DNA from: Octopus vulgaris
Taxonomy: Eukaryota
Assembly: GCA_951406725.2 (NCBI GenBank)
Contig: OX597816.1
Coordinates: 27,280,001 to 27,344,000 of the forward strand
DNA: 64,000 nucleotides
Reading direction: 5' to 3'
Below are positions 1-13,502 of this stretch, in pieces (position 1 is the stretch's first letter; each line of letters starts with the position of its first letter). The notes under the pieces are model-generated. The model was not told the origin of the DNA and did not search any database. It worked only from the letters and a program-made list of their open reading frames with translations. The position numbers and the translations under genes are program-made.

Positions 1-410
1 ATCCTGCCTGAATAAAATCACTTTTCAAAGAAACTTACATTAGCAGGACGTAAAATTCAACATATTAAGAACTGGGTAAAACTTGTAAATATATTCTTCA
101 TTAAAGGATGCAAAAGAGATGAGCTTGTGATAGCAACTTGTTAATAAACACTTGAATTCCACAGTTTTTCATTTATCATCATTGTTGCTGTTGTCTTCCA
201 TTTTCTGTCCACTTTTCATGCTGGCAATGAAAGTGAACAGGCTGTTCTAATCAGTGATCACTGGATCACATTGTGTGCATACGTTCCAGTTTTGGCTTTT
301 TTTTATCTATGACTTGATGCTCATCCTGTAATCAACCACTTTACAGAATGTACTGGGTGCACTTTATTGTAACACCAGCAGTAGAGGGTAAATAAATATA
401 TATATATATC

Positions 411-662
411 ATGTGACCGACCAGACCATCAGATGTTGTTACACATTGCTGGTCACAATGCGTTCGCATTGTTTTAGCCTTCGAATGACACCACCCCGCT
501 GGCTAAGCAAGCAAGACAACAGGGATCACCACCCCCTGCCGGAGCCTCGTGGAGCTTTTAGGTGTTTTCGCTTGATAAACACAACGCCCGGTCTGGGAAT
601 CGAAACCGCGATCCTACGACCACGAGTCTGCCGCCCTAACCACTGGGCCATTGCACCTCCAC
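411..662 (-). mobile_element. tRNA-derived SINE family C
   Basis: Head GGAGGTGCAATGGCCCAGTGGTTAGGGC..GGTTTCGATTCCC. Related approximate copies: 33610-33900(+), 43383-43566, 47350-47860(+), 50635-50985(-), 53880-54317(-), 54400-54782(-). Confidence 0.8.
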
Positions 663-855
663 ATATATATATATAGTACAAAGTAAGATAGGGGTTATGA
701 GGGTAACCCACTATGGGATATCAGTTATCCAATATACTGCTGGGGAAGCACCCAAATACTAAATACATAAATGCTTATAATTGCAATGCAATTAATTCAT
801 TTATTGTATTGGATGGGCGAAGGTAAAGGAATATTTTACTGTAAATTCATAATAC

Positions 856-1093
856 AAATAAGAAAATTGAGGAACAAATTCATTTCGATCATCAACTTAC
901 AGATATTACCATTTGATATTATTTATTAATTATACAAATAGGAACATGAAAATCGAACAAAACAATATACAAATTAATAATGAAATAAAAATAATACAAA
1001 TAAACTGCCCCTTACAGCTGTAATAAATAATATGAAATTGTAATATCCGTAAGTTGATGATCGAAATGAATTTGTTCCTCCATTTTCTTATTT
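856..1093. repeat. Inverted repeat, ~73-bp arms (856-928 / 1021-1093)
   Basis: The arms differ at about 4 positions; spacer ~92 nt. Confidence 0.85.
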
Positions 1094-1104
1094 ATATATA
1101 TATA

Positions 1105-1427
1105 TCATCATCATCATCATCATCGTTTAACGTCCGTTCTCCATGCTAGCATGGGTTGGACGGTTCGACCGGGGATCTGGGAAGCCAGAAGGCTGCACCA
1201 GGCTCCAGTCTTATCTGGCAATGTTTCTACAGCTGGATGCCCTTCCTAACGTCAACCACTCCGTGAGTGTAGTGGGTGCTTTTTACGTGCCACCTGCACT
1301 GGTGCCAGGCGAGGCTGGCATTGGCCACGGTCGGATTGATGCATTTTACGTGCTACCTGCACGGAAGCCAGTCGAGGTGGGACTGGCTTCGGCCACGATT
1401 CGGATGGTGCTTTTTACGTGCCACCGA
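1105..1427 (-). mobile_element. RTE LINE 3' end / derived short element with (ATG)n tail
   Basis: Same sequence as 3170-3500, 5875-6155 and 8460-8775 (ggttggcgttaggaagggcatccagctgtagaaac...gttaaacgatgatg). Confidence 0.8.
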
Positions 1428-2111
1428 CATATATATATATATATATATATAAATTAATAAATAAAACATGCATATATACATATATGTACGTACCTACATC
1501 TACATGTATTTATACTCACATATATGGGTACAGGATACCAGAAAAACGTCGAACACAATGAGAAACGAAAACAAACACAAAACCAAGGAACTGGACATTT
1601 TTCTTAAACAACAAAAAAATAGAGTATAGGACAAATAACAAGGAAAATTCTCCTTCAGTCGCCATGATTTCATCTACTCTGCGTTTCGAAGGTGAAGGCG
1701 ATACACATCTTTGATAGAAACTTTCCTTCCCGCGAAAAGCAAATTAAATAAGGAGCTTCTGTGTTGTTTCAGTCTACGAATGTACTCCTCAAGTCACTGG
1801 TCAGTTTTGCGGTATTGTAAATGTTACTTGTCCAAGCTGCCTCAGTGAAATCAAACCTGTAATGTCAATTTCTTTAGACATCCATAGCTCCACATATATA
1901 TATATATATGTAGGTGCAGATGTAGCTGTGTGGTAAGTAGCTTGCTTCTCAATCGCATGGTTCTGGATTCAGTCCCACTGCGACACTTTTGGCAAGTGTC
2001 TTCTCCCATGGCCTTGGCCTGACCAAAACCTTGTGAGTGAATTTGGTAGACAGAACCTGAAAGAAGCCTATCATATATATATATATATATATCATCATCA
2101 TCATCGATTAA

Positions 2112-3165
2112 CCCTTTCGTTACGAAACCGCCCAAAAAAAATTTTGGTTAATGTGACCAAAGCCGCCCGAATTAACCTATTCATATTTAAATGAGAATAT
2201 CAGAGCAAATCTCTTTAGTACATTCGTGAAAATACGTATTATACTTCGTAAAGAGTTCAACTACAAAAATCGAATTGTAATTTTAATTCCGTGAATTTTG
2301 GGAGATTTTTTTCTGAAATTTGTTCCTATTGTGTTTTCAAAATTTGTAATTCTGACAAAAAATGGATACGAATTTCATTATATCAAGCAGCGAGTCAGAA
2401 TTCGAAGGATTTTCTACTGAAGACCTTCATAAATCTAACTCTATGACTGAAAAAAAAAAGCATGTGGCATTTGATAATGAATCTGATGTTTCATTTTCCG
2501 AAAGTGAAAACAGTGAATCCGAGAGCTCCGACAGCGATGAAGAAAATGAATTGGCACCTGAATGGAGTGAAAATTTAAAAACTGTTTCTTTCGGTGATTT
2601 TTCTGAAGAAACTGGACCAAGCCACAGACTTTCCCAGAAGAGTAAAGCCTTAGACTATTTCTTTTTACTTTTTCGAATGAGCCTATTTGAAATCATTACG
2701 GCGGAAACGAACCATTACGCTAAATGTAAACAAAATGAAAGAAAGGATAGTTTGTAATTTCCCATAACCTTAAATGAAATTAAGACTATTTTGCCATAAA
2801 TATTATTATGGGTATCAGAAAGTTACCCAGAATAACAAATTCTATCGTAAAATTTTGTTGTATACCCAATTGAATATTAGCTAATAACCCATTTTCTATA
2901 GCGATGTTTGAACAAAATTTTAATTTTATATTTTGTTGAATTTACCTGTATCTACCTGCAATTAGAGTCACTTTGTGACAAAAATTATAGTATAGAATTG
3001 GTTGAGAACATTTCATTAAATTATCTTCCAAAATTCACGTTAATATATTGATAAATAAAAAAGTTATAGTTGTTTAATGAAACCAGACTAAATTTATGAT
3101 TATGTTAGAAATTAATTGAAACACATAAGGGGTGTATTTTGGTCAGAAATATAGTAATGAAAGAG
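2112..3165 (+). mobile_element. Internally deleted piggyBac (PGBD4-like) transposon
   Basis: TTAA TSDs at 2108-2111 and 3166-3169; TIRs CCCTTTCGTTAC / GTAATGAAAGAG. ORF 2362-2757 has an acidic N-terminus and FSEETGP..ALDYFFLLF..IITAETNHYA, continuing past a stop as EIK..IIMGIRKLP. Confidence 0.88.
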
Positions 3166-5520
3166 TTAATGTGTTTTCCATGCTGGCATGGGATGGATGG
3201 TTTGATTGAGGTCTTGAGAGTCAGCAGCTGCACCAGGCTCCAATCTGTCTGGCAATGTTTCTACAGCTGGATGCACTTCCTAACACCAACCACTCCAAGG
3301 GTGTAGTGGGTGCTTTTTACGTGTCACCGGCACAGGAGCCAGTCAGGTGGGCCTGGCAGCGATCATGTTTGGATGGTGTTTTTTACATGCCACCAGCACG
3401 GGAGCCAGTGTGGGGATACTGGCATCGGCCATGTTTGGTTGGTGCTTCTTATGTGCCACTGGTGCAGGAGCCAGTCAGGGGGCACTGGCTCCAGCTATGA
3501 TGTTGGTTTTACTTGACTCAACATGTCTTCTCAAGCATATCATATCACCTGATGCATCAGGAGTATTCTTAACAGGGCTGGATATGCATGGCTGCAATCT
3601 CACTTTAGTTGCAGGGTCTTCTCAATTGCAGCATATCTCCAAAGGTCTTGGTTGCTTGTCATTGCCCCTCTGAAACCCAATGTTCGAAGGTCATGCTTCA
3701 CCACCTCATCCCATGTCTTCCTGGGTCTACCTCTTCCAAAGGTTCCTTCTACAATTAGGGAGTGGCACTTCCTCACACACAGCTGTGTTCATTCATATGT
3801 AACACATGGCCATACCAGCACAGTCGCCTCTCTTGTACACCATATTTGATGCTTCCTATGCCCAACTTTTCTCTCAGGCCGCTTACACTCTATTATGTGT
3901 ATGCACACTGACATTACACATCCAGTAGAGCATATCAGCTTCATTTCTTTCAAGCCTATGCATGTCCTCAACATTCATGGCCCATGTTTCACTGCCATAA
4001 AGTATGGCAGTTTGCACACATGCATCATACAGTCTACCTTTCACCTTGAGTGAGAGGCCCTTAGTTGCCAGCAGAGATAGGAGCTCTTTGAACTTTGCCT
4101 AGGCCAGTGCTTTTCAACATTTTTGCTGGAGCGGAACCCCAAGGAAACATTCCACTGGCTCGAGGAACCCCTGTGCAATAATTTAATAGTCTTTTGCACA
4201 CATATCTGCAAAGGAAAATTAAAAATTACTGCCGATTTTAGCAGTTTTGTAACTTCTTGCGGAACCCCTGGACTGTACTGGCGGAACCCTGGTTGAAAAC
4301 CACTGGTCTAGGCTATTCTTAATCTAGTTGCTCTGAGCAACTGACCCCACTACTGACTTGGTCGCCTAGGTAGCAACAAACCCCACTACAGACTTGGTCG
4401 TCTAGGTAGCAGAAGCTATCAACTACTTCTAGTTTCTTCCCTAGGCATGTGATGGAATCTGTTTTCTGTACATCTTCAGTGTTTATTGCCCCAGTGCCTT
4501 TGCCACACACAAAAACTATTTTCCCTGTTAATCTTCCTTTGATTTAGTTGTACCTTTTATGTGTCCATAACTTACACTGGGTACAAGGTATGGAGTTTCT
4601 ACCCATGCCTTTTCTACAGATTCAGCAGGGCCATCTACCTGAAGCGGGTTGTGATTTGACAGCCTTCCTACTTACTAAGACTTTGGTTATGGCTAAGTTA
4701 ACCCTAAGGCTCTTTGATTCTAGACCTTGCTTCCACACCCTAAACTTCGTCTCAAGTTCTGGCAGTGACTAGGCTATTAGAGCAAGGTTATCAGTATAGC
4801 GGAGCTCCCAGGGACAGCCTGTCTTGAATTTTTCTGTTATTGCCTGGAGGACTATAATGAATAAGAAGGGGCTGAGGACTGATCCTTGGTGAACCCCTAC
4901 TTCTACTCGGAATTCTTCACTATACTCATTGTCAACCCTCACCTTACTGACTACATCCCTATACATGACTTTTACAGCTCTTACCATCCACTCGTCTATC
5001 CCCAGTTTCTGCATTGACCACCAGATAAGGGATCAGGGGACCTTGTCAAAGGCTTTCTCCAAGTCAACAAAAGCCAAGTACAAAGATTTATCTTTGGCCA
5101 GGTATTTCTCCTGCAGTTGTCTTACCAGAAATATAGCATCAGTGTTGCTTCTGCCTGGCAAAAAACCGAACTGCATCTCATCTAGATTGCTGTCTGACAT
5201 GCCCATTAAAATCTCCAGCTACAAAGATGAGATCATTATCCCTCGTCTTTGAGGTAGCCTGTAGAAGAATATCATAAAAGTGATCCTTCTGTTCATTTGG
5301 TAGGCCTGCTTGTGGGGCACTGGCAGAGATAATTGTAGCTCTACCATTCTGTAAGACTAGCTTCACTACCTCTATGATCTTATCCACCCATTTCTCTGCG
5401 AGAAGTATTCCCACACCCCCTATTCCATCACTATTACCTTCCCAGAAGAGTTTATACCTATATGCTTTGCCTGCGAGGACTCTGGCTGAAGCTCCTCTCT
5501 TGTATGCAACATACTTCAAC
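3166..5520 (-). mobile_element. RTE-clade LINE, degenerate, with internal deletion
   Basis: EN motifs GGVGILLAEKW and VAGDFNGHV; RT motifs LAFVDLEKAFD, VGVHQGSVLSP and WELRYTDNL (decayed YADD). The 3' UTR and (ATG)n tail continue at ~2092-2111, on the other side of the piggyBac insertion. Confidence 0.9.
4105..4305. mobile_element. hAT (Charlie-type) MITE
   Basis: TIRs CAGTGCTTTTCAAC / GTTGAAAACCACTG; 8-bp TSD gcctaggc/gtctaggc. Inserted in the RTE LINE. Confidence 0.85.
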
Positions 5521-5874
5521 ACGTCTCTATTCAAGCATCTCTACAATATATATGTCTGTGGCTGTATTTGCCCCCCATCACCACTTGACAACTGGTGTTG
5601 GTACGTTTTTGTCCCCGTAACTTAGTGGTTTGGTAAAAGAGAATGATAGAACAAGTACTAGGCTTAAAAAATAAGTCTTGGGGTTGATTTGTTTGACTAA
5701 AGACCTTCAATGTGGTACTCCAGCATGACTACAGTCAAATGACTGAAACAAGTAAAAAAATAAGATTAAGCTAAAAGCATTAAGCCCCTGGGCAAGGCAA
5801 ACAAATGTACATATAAAAACACGAAGAAGTAACAAACAGAAAGGGTCTTTTTACTATTGGAAAAACGTAACATA

Positions 5875-6155
5875 AGCATCTGAACGTGGCTGATGCCAGC
5901 ACCGCCTTGACTGGCTTCCATGCCGGTGGCACGTAAAAAGCACCAATCCGATCGTGGCCTTTGCCAGCCTCGCCTGGCATGTAAAAAGCACCCACTACAC
6001 TCACAGAGTGGTTGGCGTTAGGAAGGGCATCCAGCTGTAGAAACACTGCCAGATCAGACTGGAGCCTGGTGCAGCCTCCTGGCTTCCCAGATCCCGGTTG
6101 AACCGTCCAACCCATGCTAGCATGGAAAGTGGACGTTAAACGATGATGATGATGA
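5875..6155 (+). mobile_element. RTE LINE 3' end with (ATG)n tail
   Basis: Copy of the same 3' UTR family, ending gttaaacgatgatgatgatg. Confidence 0.8.
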
Positions 6156-6339
6156 ATGGGCAAAAGCCTTTTGGCTATACATCAAAAGGAAAATAATTAC
6201 ACAGTTGCAACATATATATATAACGTGTCTTGAATGATACAACAATGCAGAGTGGGCTGTAATATCTGTCATAATTTAATAATTCATTGTCTGATATATT
6301 TCGAAATATAAAAATTCCTTCAGATATTGTTAAGAATTG

Positions 6340-6500
6340 ATCGAGTCACTGAAAACAACGGAAGAAGGAGAGATCCACATTGAGTTCTACATGAAAGCAG
6401 CCAGTAGAGATATGTTTGTTCACTACAATTCAGCCCTTTCACTTGGTGCCAAAATAAGACACACCAGAAATGAACTTACACACATCCAGAGAGAGGGCAT
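6340..6500 (+). mobile_element. Penelope-like element RT C-terminal fragment
   Basis: IEFYMKAASRDMFVHYNSALSLGAKIRHTRNE matches the PLE YxKPxxxxxxxHYxSxHPxxxK region. Confidence 0.65.
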
Positions 6501-6828
6501 GGCAAATGAAAAAGGCTCTTGCAGTGTGTAAAGTGGGTAGTGTAAGGTTTTGCTGACCTGATTTTGTATAAGTGTCCAAATAGGTAGACAAGAATGGTAG
6601 TTAGAAAAATATGAACAATTATAAACATAGTGTTATAATTATGTAAAAAGATGGACTATAAAAAAAGAAAAATACAATTATGGTACTGGAAAACAAAGAT
6701 ATATACATCTGTGTGTGTGTGTGTGTGTTCTCTCTTTTTTATTGATTTTACTAAATACTACAAATCTTGCCAATGCAGACAAACACTAATCTCAGAGTTT
6801 GAAGAATCTGTCTTGTGATTGTTTCCTG

Positions 6829-7240
6829 GGATCTTTTCGGTTTGAACGACAGTTTTTAACATAATTTCTAGGTAACTAAAAAATGTTAAACTTCGTATAC
6901 TGGTAGAATGTGTTTATAAAACATCTTTTTCTCTTGGCTTTATTGAGAAAATTCTATAGTTTGTAAGATATTTGTTGTTTTTTTTTCTTCAATTTCTGCA
7001 ATTTCAACCAATCATTGATATCTATTGAGGTAAAAACCATTCTGTGCCATATGAATATGTCCCTCGTTTAAGAAACAGATTGGCTTTATTTACATTTGTG
7101 AAGAAAAAAAGATACCCTTCCTCCCACCCCTGACCCTAAAAGAGATTGAAATGCAATAGATCGATACTAGGGTCATAATTATGGGTGACAATTTCATATG
7201 ACACTGCTAGAAAAAACTGCCGTTCAAACCGAAAAGATCC
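6829..7240. mobile_element. MITE family GGATCTTTTCGGTTTGAACGGCAG (8-bp TSD), copy 1
   Basis: ~27-bp TIRs; TSD gtttcctg/gtttcccg. Confidence 0.9.
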
Positions 7241-7708
7241 GTTTCCCGTGACATTCTAATCACCCTTTTAAGTAACATTACTCCAGAGACCCTTCAAAGG
7301 AGCCCCATTTTTGGCTGCTTGTAATCACAATCATGCTCTTTCAATCATTACACAACATTCCTAACCACAGGTGAGGATAGGCATAAAAACCCAAAATACC
7401 TGGAGCTGGTGCATTACTGTACCGGCCAGCACTTGCAATTCTAGCATTTAATTCAGCCCTACTTCCCATTTCTCATGAATATGGTCCCAAAACACTTAAA
7501 CTTCTCTTGCCTCAGTGATGTTCCACTAACATGCAGAATGAACTCTTGTGAGGACCAATGTCTTAGTCTTTGCAATACTAATTCTCATCCCTACCTTACA
7601 GCACTTGGGAGCAAACCCATTCAGAACATGATAGAGATCACCTTCTAATGAGCCAAGTAGCACCATTTCACCTGCAAATCCCTATCCTACATCCACCAAT
7701 TCTTATAC

Positions 7709-7942
7709 CTATTTCTTTACTACCCACAAGGGGCTACACACAGAGGGGACAAACAAGGACAGACAAAGGGATTAAGTCGATTACATCGACCCCAGTGCGT
7801 AACTGGTACTTATTTAATCGAGCCCGAAAGGATGAAAGGCAAAGTCGACCTCGGCGGAATTTGAACTCAGAACGTAGCGGCAGACGAAATACTGCTAGGC
7901 ATTTCGCCCGGCATGCTAACGTTTCTGCCAGCTCGCCGCCTT
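7709..7942 (-). mobile_element. tRNA-derived SINE family B
   Basis: Head GGCGGCGAGCTGGCAGAAACGTTAGC..GAGTTCAAATTCC; TSD accaattcttatacc. Other approximate copies: 17698-17911(-), 24282-24495(-), 25624-25830(+), 41598-41790(-), 41870-42100(-), 52601-53013(+, tandem), 55455-55665(-). Confidence 0.85.
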
Positions 7943-8244
7943 TTATATACCAATTCTTGTATATACCAATTCTTATACCACTTTTGCAACAGCTGTGTAT
8001 GGTACTCCAGTTCATAAAAATTATGAAACGGTGAGATGACAATACATATGCCTGCCAAAGTCCAACACCTACTTTGAACAGACATCTGGGCATTTATAAA
8101 GAGATTTTTTGGCAACTGGAGGTTGCCCATAAAACCTAAATTCCTGCAAAACCCTCCATATCATGTCCTGTAACGTGTGTTATGCTTTTTTTTTTGAGGT
8201 CTTCAAAGCAATGTACACCTTTTCACAATATTCCCACAATTTCA

Positions 8245-8775
8245 CAAAGATTTTCCATAGACCGAGACCTTTGGAAGTATGCTGTGCATGAGAAGACCCG
8301 GCAGGACAAGTGAGACCATAACCCGTGGCCTCTACCTGGGATGTTGCCAATCCTCTTATGCATACCTTTCCTTCTTGGGACACAAAACTCTTCTTGTGAA
8401 GACCTGTTGAGGCAAGTGAAAATCAAAATCAAAATCGATCAACATCAATGGAAATTGTAGCTGTGATACCAGTGCCGGTGGCACGTAAGAGAACCATCCG
8501 AACGTGGCCGTTGCCAGCGCCGCCCAGACTGGCCTCCGTGCCGGTGGCACATAAAAAGCATCATCCAATCGTGGCTGTTTGCCAGCCTCGTCTGGCACGC
8601 AAAAAGCATCCACTACACTCACGGAGTGGTTGGCGTTAGGAAGGGTATCCAGCTGTAGAAACATTGCCAGATCAGACTGGGCCTGGTGCAGCCTTCTGGC
8701 TTCCCAGACCCCAGTTGAACCGTCCAACCCATGCAAGCATGGAAAGCGGATGTTAAACGATGATGAGGATGATGA
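8245..8775 (+). mobile_element. RTE LINE 3' end with (ATG)n tail
   Basis: Includes the ORF C-terminus (DRDLWKYAVHEKTRQ) and the shared 3' UTR. Confidence 0.8.
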
Positions 8776-8779
8776 TTAT

Positions 8780-10745
8780 TGTCTGATCAGTTGTACAGCT
8801 AATTTCCCCAAAACTCTTCTCCAGACACCAAACTTATACTTTACTAGGGAGGCTCAGCCAGGAGATTCCTCTGTAATCAGACCACTCTCTTATCTCTCCT
8901 TTTAAAAATTGATATTATCTTCCCATATTGGTATTGTATTTCAGAGATCCTAGCCACTTGAAATACATGAGCCAGCCAGAGAATACTTTCCTTATGTAAG
9001 GCTTTTAACATCTCAGAGAGAATTTCATCTTCCTCAGTGACCTTTCCACATTTGAGAGCTTTAATCACCTCAATGGCTTCATCCTCTGTGAGGTTAGTCT
9101 TTACCCTTAGATGCACCTCGTATCTACTAGAAGATTTTATTGAGACTGGATTTAGAAGATTAGTAAAGTACATCTTCCAAGAATGGTCTTCTCTATAGAG
9201 AGAAACTCCCCACCCCAGTTGAATTATTAATGGCAGATGTGGAAAAAGGCTTCTTGTTAAAAATTCAGTTGATGGTCCACCAGAATACTTTATTGGTCAA
9301 TCTAAAGTCAGACACCAGCATTACCCCTAAGTCTTCCTACGACTTAACCATGGGTTTTTACTGTCTCTGTTACAACTTTTCACATCTCAGTGTATTGCCT
9401 GTACAAAAAGGAGACTTGTTTCCAAGCCAAGCTTTTTAAGTCTCCTTCTTTGCAGCGTTTTTAACTTCCTGGTTAAACCAAGTGGGGTTTTTTTACCACC
9501 TGGCACCACACTGAGACACTTTCATCCATAACATTTTATAGCTGAAGAAAAAAGTGACAAACAAAACAGTCTCCACATCATTTCAACATCCTCAGTCTGT
9601 TCAGGAAGGTCTCTGAATTGGATGCAATAGTGTTCACATATTTGTTTCTGATCCCATCTTCCACCATTTTATCTCATTTTATTTTGTAGGTCATGCTGGA
9701 CTTAGCAGTTTTGTTAGTTCTCTTTGCTCTAGTCTCAGGTTACAGATAACTAGGTGGTGATCAGTTGGGAGTTCTGCCACTGTCTCTTTACAGGAACATC
9801 CAAGTGCAGAATCAAAGAGGTCAGAGACAATAGCAACATCTGTCAGGGATCTCTGTCCAAAAGTATCCCTATACCAGATACAAACATTCCAATGCTGGAA
9901 GAATGGTTTCATAATGGAGTGTTCATTTCTAGCATAGAAATCTAGTAAGGCTTCTCTCCATTTGCACTTAGTTCAGGATTGTTATCCCTTCCAATTGCTC
10001 CTTTCCACATCTGGCAATCAGTGCTAGCTCGTGCATTAAAGTTTCCTTGAAGTACATGTAGTGTGATGGAGGAAGAGGACAAAAGAAAAAGAAGCAATGG
10101 GAGAAAGAAATACAAAAGGCCTTACCTCGGCAAAATCAGTGGTCTCTCACGAACTCAACACATCCTGTCACTTTGCCGTCTATGCTGGAACTGACCACGC
10201 TTCCACGCTGACTACACATGCTTCCTGCCATGCATGTGCCCTTCACTCTTCCACCGGCCCCTGCATGCCCTACTTCCGCCCACCTCAGCTGTCATCCTCT
10301 CCACCAACACCACATAGCTCATCACGGCCCATAACACCGACCGCCAACACCACAGTACAAACGACTGATCTTAAAGCTGCAGTGACTTTGTTGGTGGGGA
10401 GGGGGTGTATTTAGCTTTGCTGTTTGGTGCATTTATTAGCAATAGCCATAGCAAGGCTTCCTTTAGCTTAAGCTTCAGGAGACAACCCCTCCCATCTTGT
10501 GGATCCACTTCATAACACAATCTGACAGCCAAGGACTTTTGAGTATCTTCACTCTAGCTTGTGCAGACAGTTGGCACCACACCTGAATAGTGGAGTTTTT
10601 ACCCTCCATCCCACTCTACAGTACCAGAACCTCGGAACCTTGCAGAGGAGACACCAATTATATCTAGCTAGTAGTGTTTGGCCTCCTCCTCTAGTTCCTG
10701 TTCTTTACCCATGAAGATTGTGATATTCCAATTCCTAACCCTTGA
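8780..10745 (-). mobile_element. Second RTE/Rex3-like LINE remnant (endonuclease through start of RT)
   Basis: WNITIFMGKEQEL..LDIIGVSS..GSGT..KLHYSGV (~10735-10580), AELPTDHHLV and EAIEVIKALKCGKVTEEDEILSEMLKAL. An unrelated GC-rich block (~10060-10520) interrupts it. Confidence 0.75.
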
Positions 10746-10779
10746 TGGTTATCCTCTTCTGGTGTTCCGGGACATGCAT

Positions 10780-11330
10780 TCTTTGTACTTCCAGCACCTC
10801 ACAGAACAAGTTGAAGGCTTATTGCTGGTTATACTGGTGTTGGGTGGAGACTGCAATATATTTTTTGAATGGACCCCTCTCCTTAAGGTCTGAAAGCATC
10901 TCTTGTTGCCCCACATGACAAATGATGTAGTATGGTTGTTCCTTTGAATTGCTTTTACATCACAGATTTTGGTGGTCTTATTCATGTCAGACACCAAAAA
11001 GGTATTAGTATTTGACCTGTGGAATGAACCCTTTTCATAATGCTATTTTTTGTGGTCATACTCATGCCAGATACCAAGGCGATTTTTGCATTTGATTCAA
11101 GAAGGTCTACCTTTCCCACTATAAAATGAAAATTAATCTCCACTAGAGACACAGGATTTGGAATTCTATGCCCACGAAGCTCCAGAAATCTGGCATTTAT
11201 GGGCTGTTGAAACTCCCCATACTTTAGCATTAATTTCTTCCATAAAACTTGACCAATAAACTGCTTTTCTCTTACAGAAACAACATTTACCTTCCTCAGA
11301 CTCAGCATAAACTTTTGGATAGGATCTCAG
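10780..11330 (-). mobile_element. Possible L1/Tx1-type ORF1 remnant
   Basis: KYGEFQQPI..ELRGHRIPN..VEINF resembles the RRM of non-LTR ORF1 proteins, followed by a decayed knuckle-like KICDVK..H. Weak similarity, judged by eye. Confidence 0.3.
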
Positions 11331-12235
11331 TTAGACATGCACATGTAAGAGTGATATGGGGGAAAGGAAATGGCCCTTCAAACTGCTGCCCAAATACACA
11401 GTAATTTTCTCTTTAATATTTCCTCTACTTTTTTCTATTTGAAACCCACCCATATTATTTAACCCTTTTTTCTTTTACTATATTTCTAACTAAAATACAC
11501 ACACTATATGTTTCAATTAAAATTCTAAGATGGTCATGATTTTAGACTGGTTTCAATAAACAATTATAATATTATTAGAATATGTGTGTTTTGGAACATA
11601 ATGCTATGAAAGGTGCTTAAATTGATCTACTACATAGTTTTTCTCTCAAGCAAATTCAGCATAAAGTAAAATTACAAGTGAATTCAGCATAATGTAAAAT
11701 TATTTAAATTTAAACATGACCATAAAAATGAGTTGTCTAATATTCTCCTGGGTATCCAAGAAAAATTTTAAAACAAAAATTTGTGCATATAATTGAATTT
11801 TTAACTGAATTAGAATGCATATGATACAAGTGTACCATAAAAACAAAACAGAACTAAATACTGGAATTTGTTTGAAGAAAACTGCAAATTGAAGTAAATT
11901 CATACACACACATACATAAATACACACAATAAGGATTCACAAGTATAAATTAAATAGTATTACCCACCTGACAGGTAAATTAAAATGACAGGTAAATAAA
12001 ATAAAAATAGGGTTAATTTGAAAAAAAGTATTTTATAAAATCAAGTTATATAGGCTTGGTAATACAAACAGGAAAAATAGAACTTGAAACATAATTTCCC
12101 CCTTATCTCTGTATGCAAATTTGCTTGTCAATGTCTTTTCTGCTGTTGGATTATTTCACTTCTTTTTACTTTAATTTGTTGTTTTTTATAGCCACTGCTT
12201 TTTTCTTTTTTACCTGGAATCACTGTTGTATACAT

Positions 12236-12610
12236 ACAGGGTGTTCAGGCTAAAATTGACAGTTTGCATAAAAGGAAAAGAAAACAATATCCCATCTAAA
12301 AATAAAAGTATTTTAAAAACGATAAAAATATATCAACTAATTTATGACTGGGAGATAACAGTTTACACAAAGTAACTGCCCTTAGTTTCCCCCATGGCCT
12401 CAAGATGGCACTGGAACCTAGTGCATGTGTTTATTACTGTGTCCTTGAGAAGATCGTCAAACACTGACTTGATTTTGCCACCAGCTTGCCCTTGCTGCCA
12501 TAAGTTGAGTGGTTGGTGTCTTTTTCTACTGTGCCCCACACATAGTAACCCATGGTATTTTAATCAGGAGAATTAGGAGGCCAGAAAATGGGGCTGGTGA
12601 AGTCAGCTCA
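12236..12610 (-). mobile_element. Tc1-like transposon 3' remnant
   Basis: TA|CAGGGTGTTC terminal sequence; FWPPNSPD*NTMGYYVWG on the minus strand. Confidence 0.7.
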
Positions 12611-12671
12611 TCACCTTAAAAGAACTAAATAATAATAACAACATAATAATAATAATAATAATAATCATAAT

Positions 12672-13246
12672 CATATGCCCTGATGCAGTACCAGGCAGTG
12701 GCTCTCATGGCTTCTGATCTTAACTGATTGGAAGTGTTATCATGTACATTGTTTTGTCTTGGTATAAAAGATGGGCTACAGCAAATATTCTGCTCAATAC
12801 CACATATTTGCTTGTCAGTTGTTTGACCTTAACCAGTTGACCAGGTCCCTTAGTGGCAGACGATATGTGCATCTCTGATCACAAGCAGAAGTAGTGGGGG
12901 AGCATCATAGCCATGTGCTGAAAGGAATTCTTAGAGGTTTGGATAATTCACCTTTGGAAACATGGGTGTTTTGTTCAACATCCTTAAACAACCCTTAATC
13001 AGGGACCTTTTGAGTGGGGTGGGTTACTCGACCAGAAGAAAATTCTAACTGGGCCTCACCTGCAAGGTCATGTGCTGTTTATCTTGATATGAGATCACCA
13101 TGTTGCGCACATATGGCTGTGATGCATGTGCCTAGTGTACCCTTATCAGATGGGTAGTCATGACGGATATGCTGGGCTTCATATATTGTACCCCAGTGTC
13201 ACTTTGAGGGCATGCACTGCTCTCTCACTCAGTCAATAATAAAAAT

Positions 13247-13288
<42 letters not shown>

Positions 13289-13290
13289 TG
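12672..13290 (+). mobile_element. Non-LTR retroelement 3' end with (AAT)n tail, inserted in an (AAT)n array
   Basis: A ~560-bp non-coding block bracketed by (AAT)n on both sides; family not determined. Confidence 0.5.
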
Positions 13291-13502
13291 TTTTTAATAT
13301 AGATAGATAATTATGAATATTATCACTCTTGTGTCCACATTCTTCTTGCTAGTTCTCTCATTTTACAGGCAATGCATTTTACAACCAGAAAAATATCTAT
13401 TATTGAGGCAAAATTCAAAAACTATAAAAGGTAAGGCAAAAGTATAAAGTATGATTAAAATGTAAGTTCTGTAAACTGACAAAACATAATTATATCTGCT
13501 TT

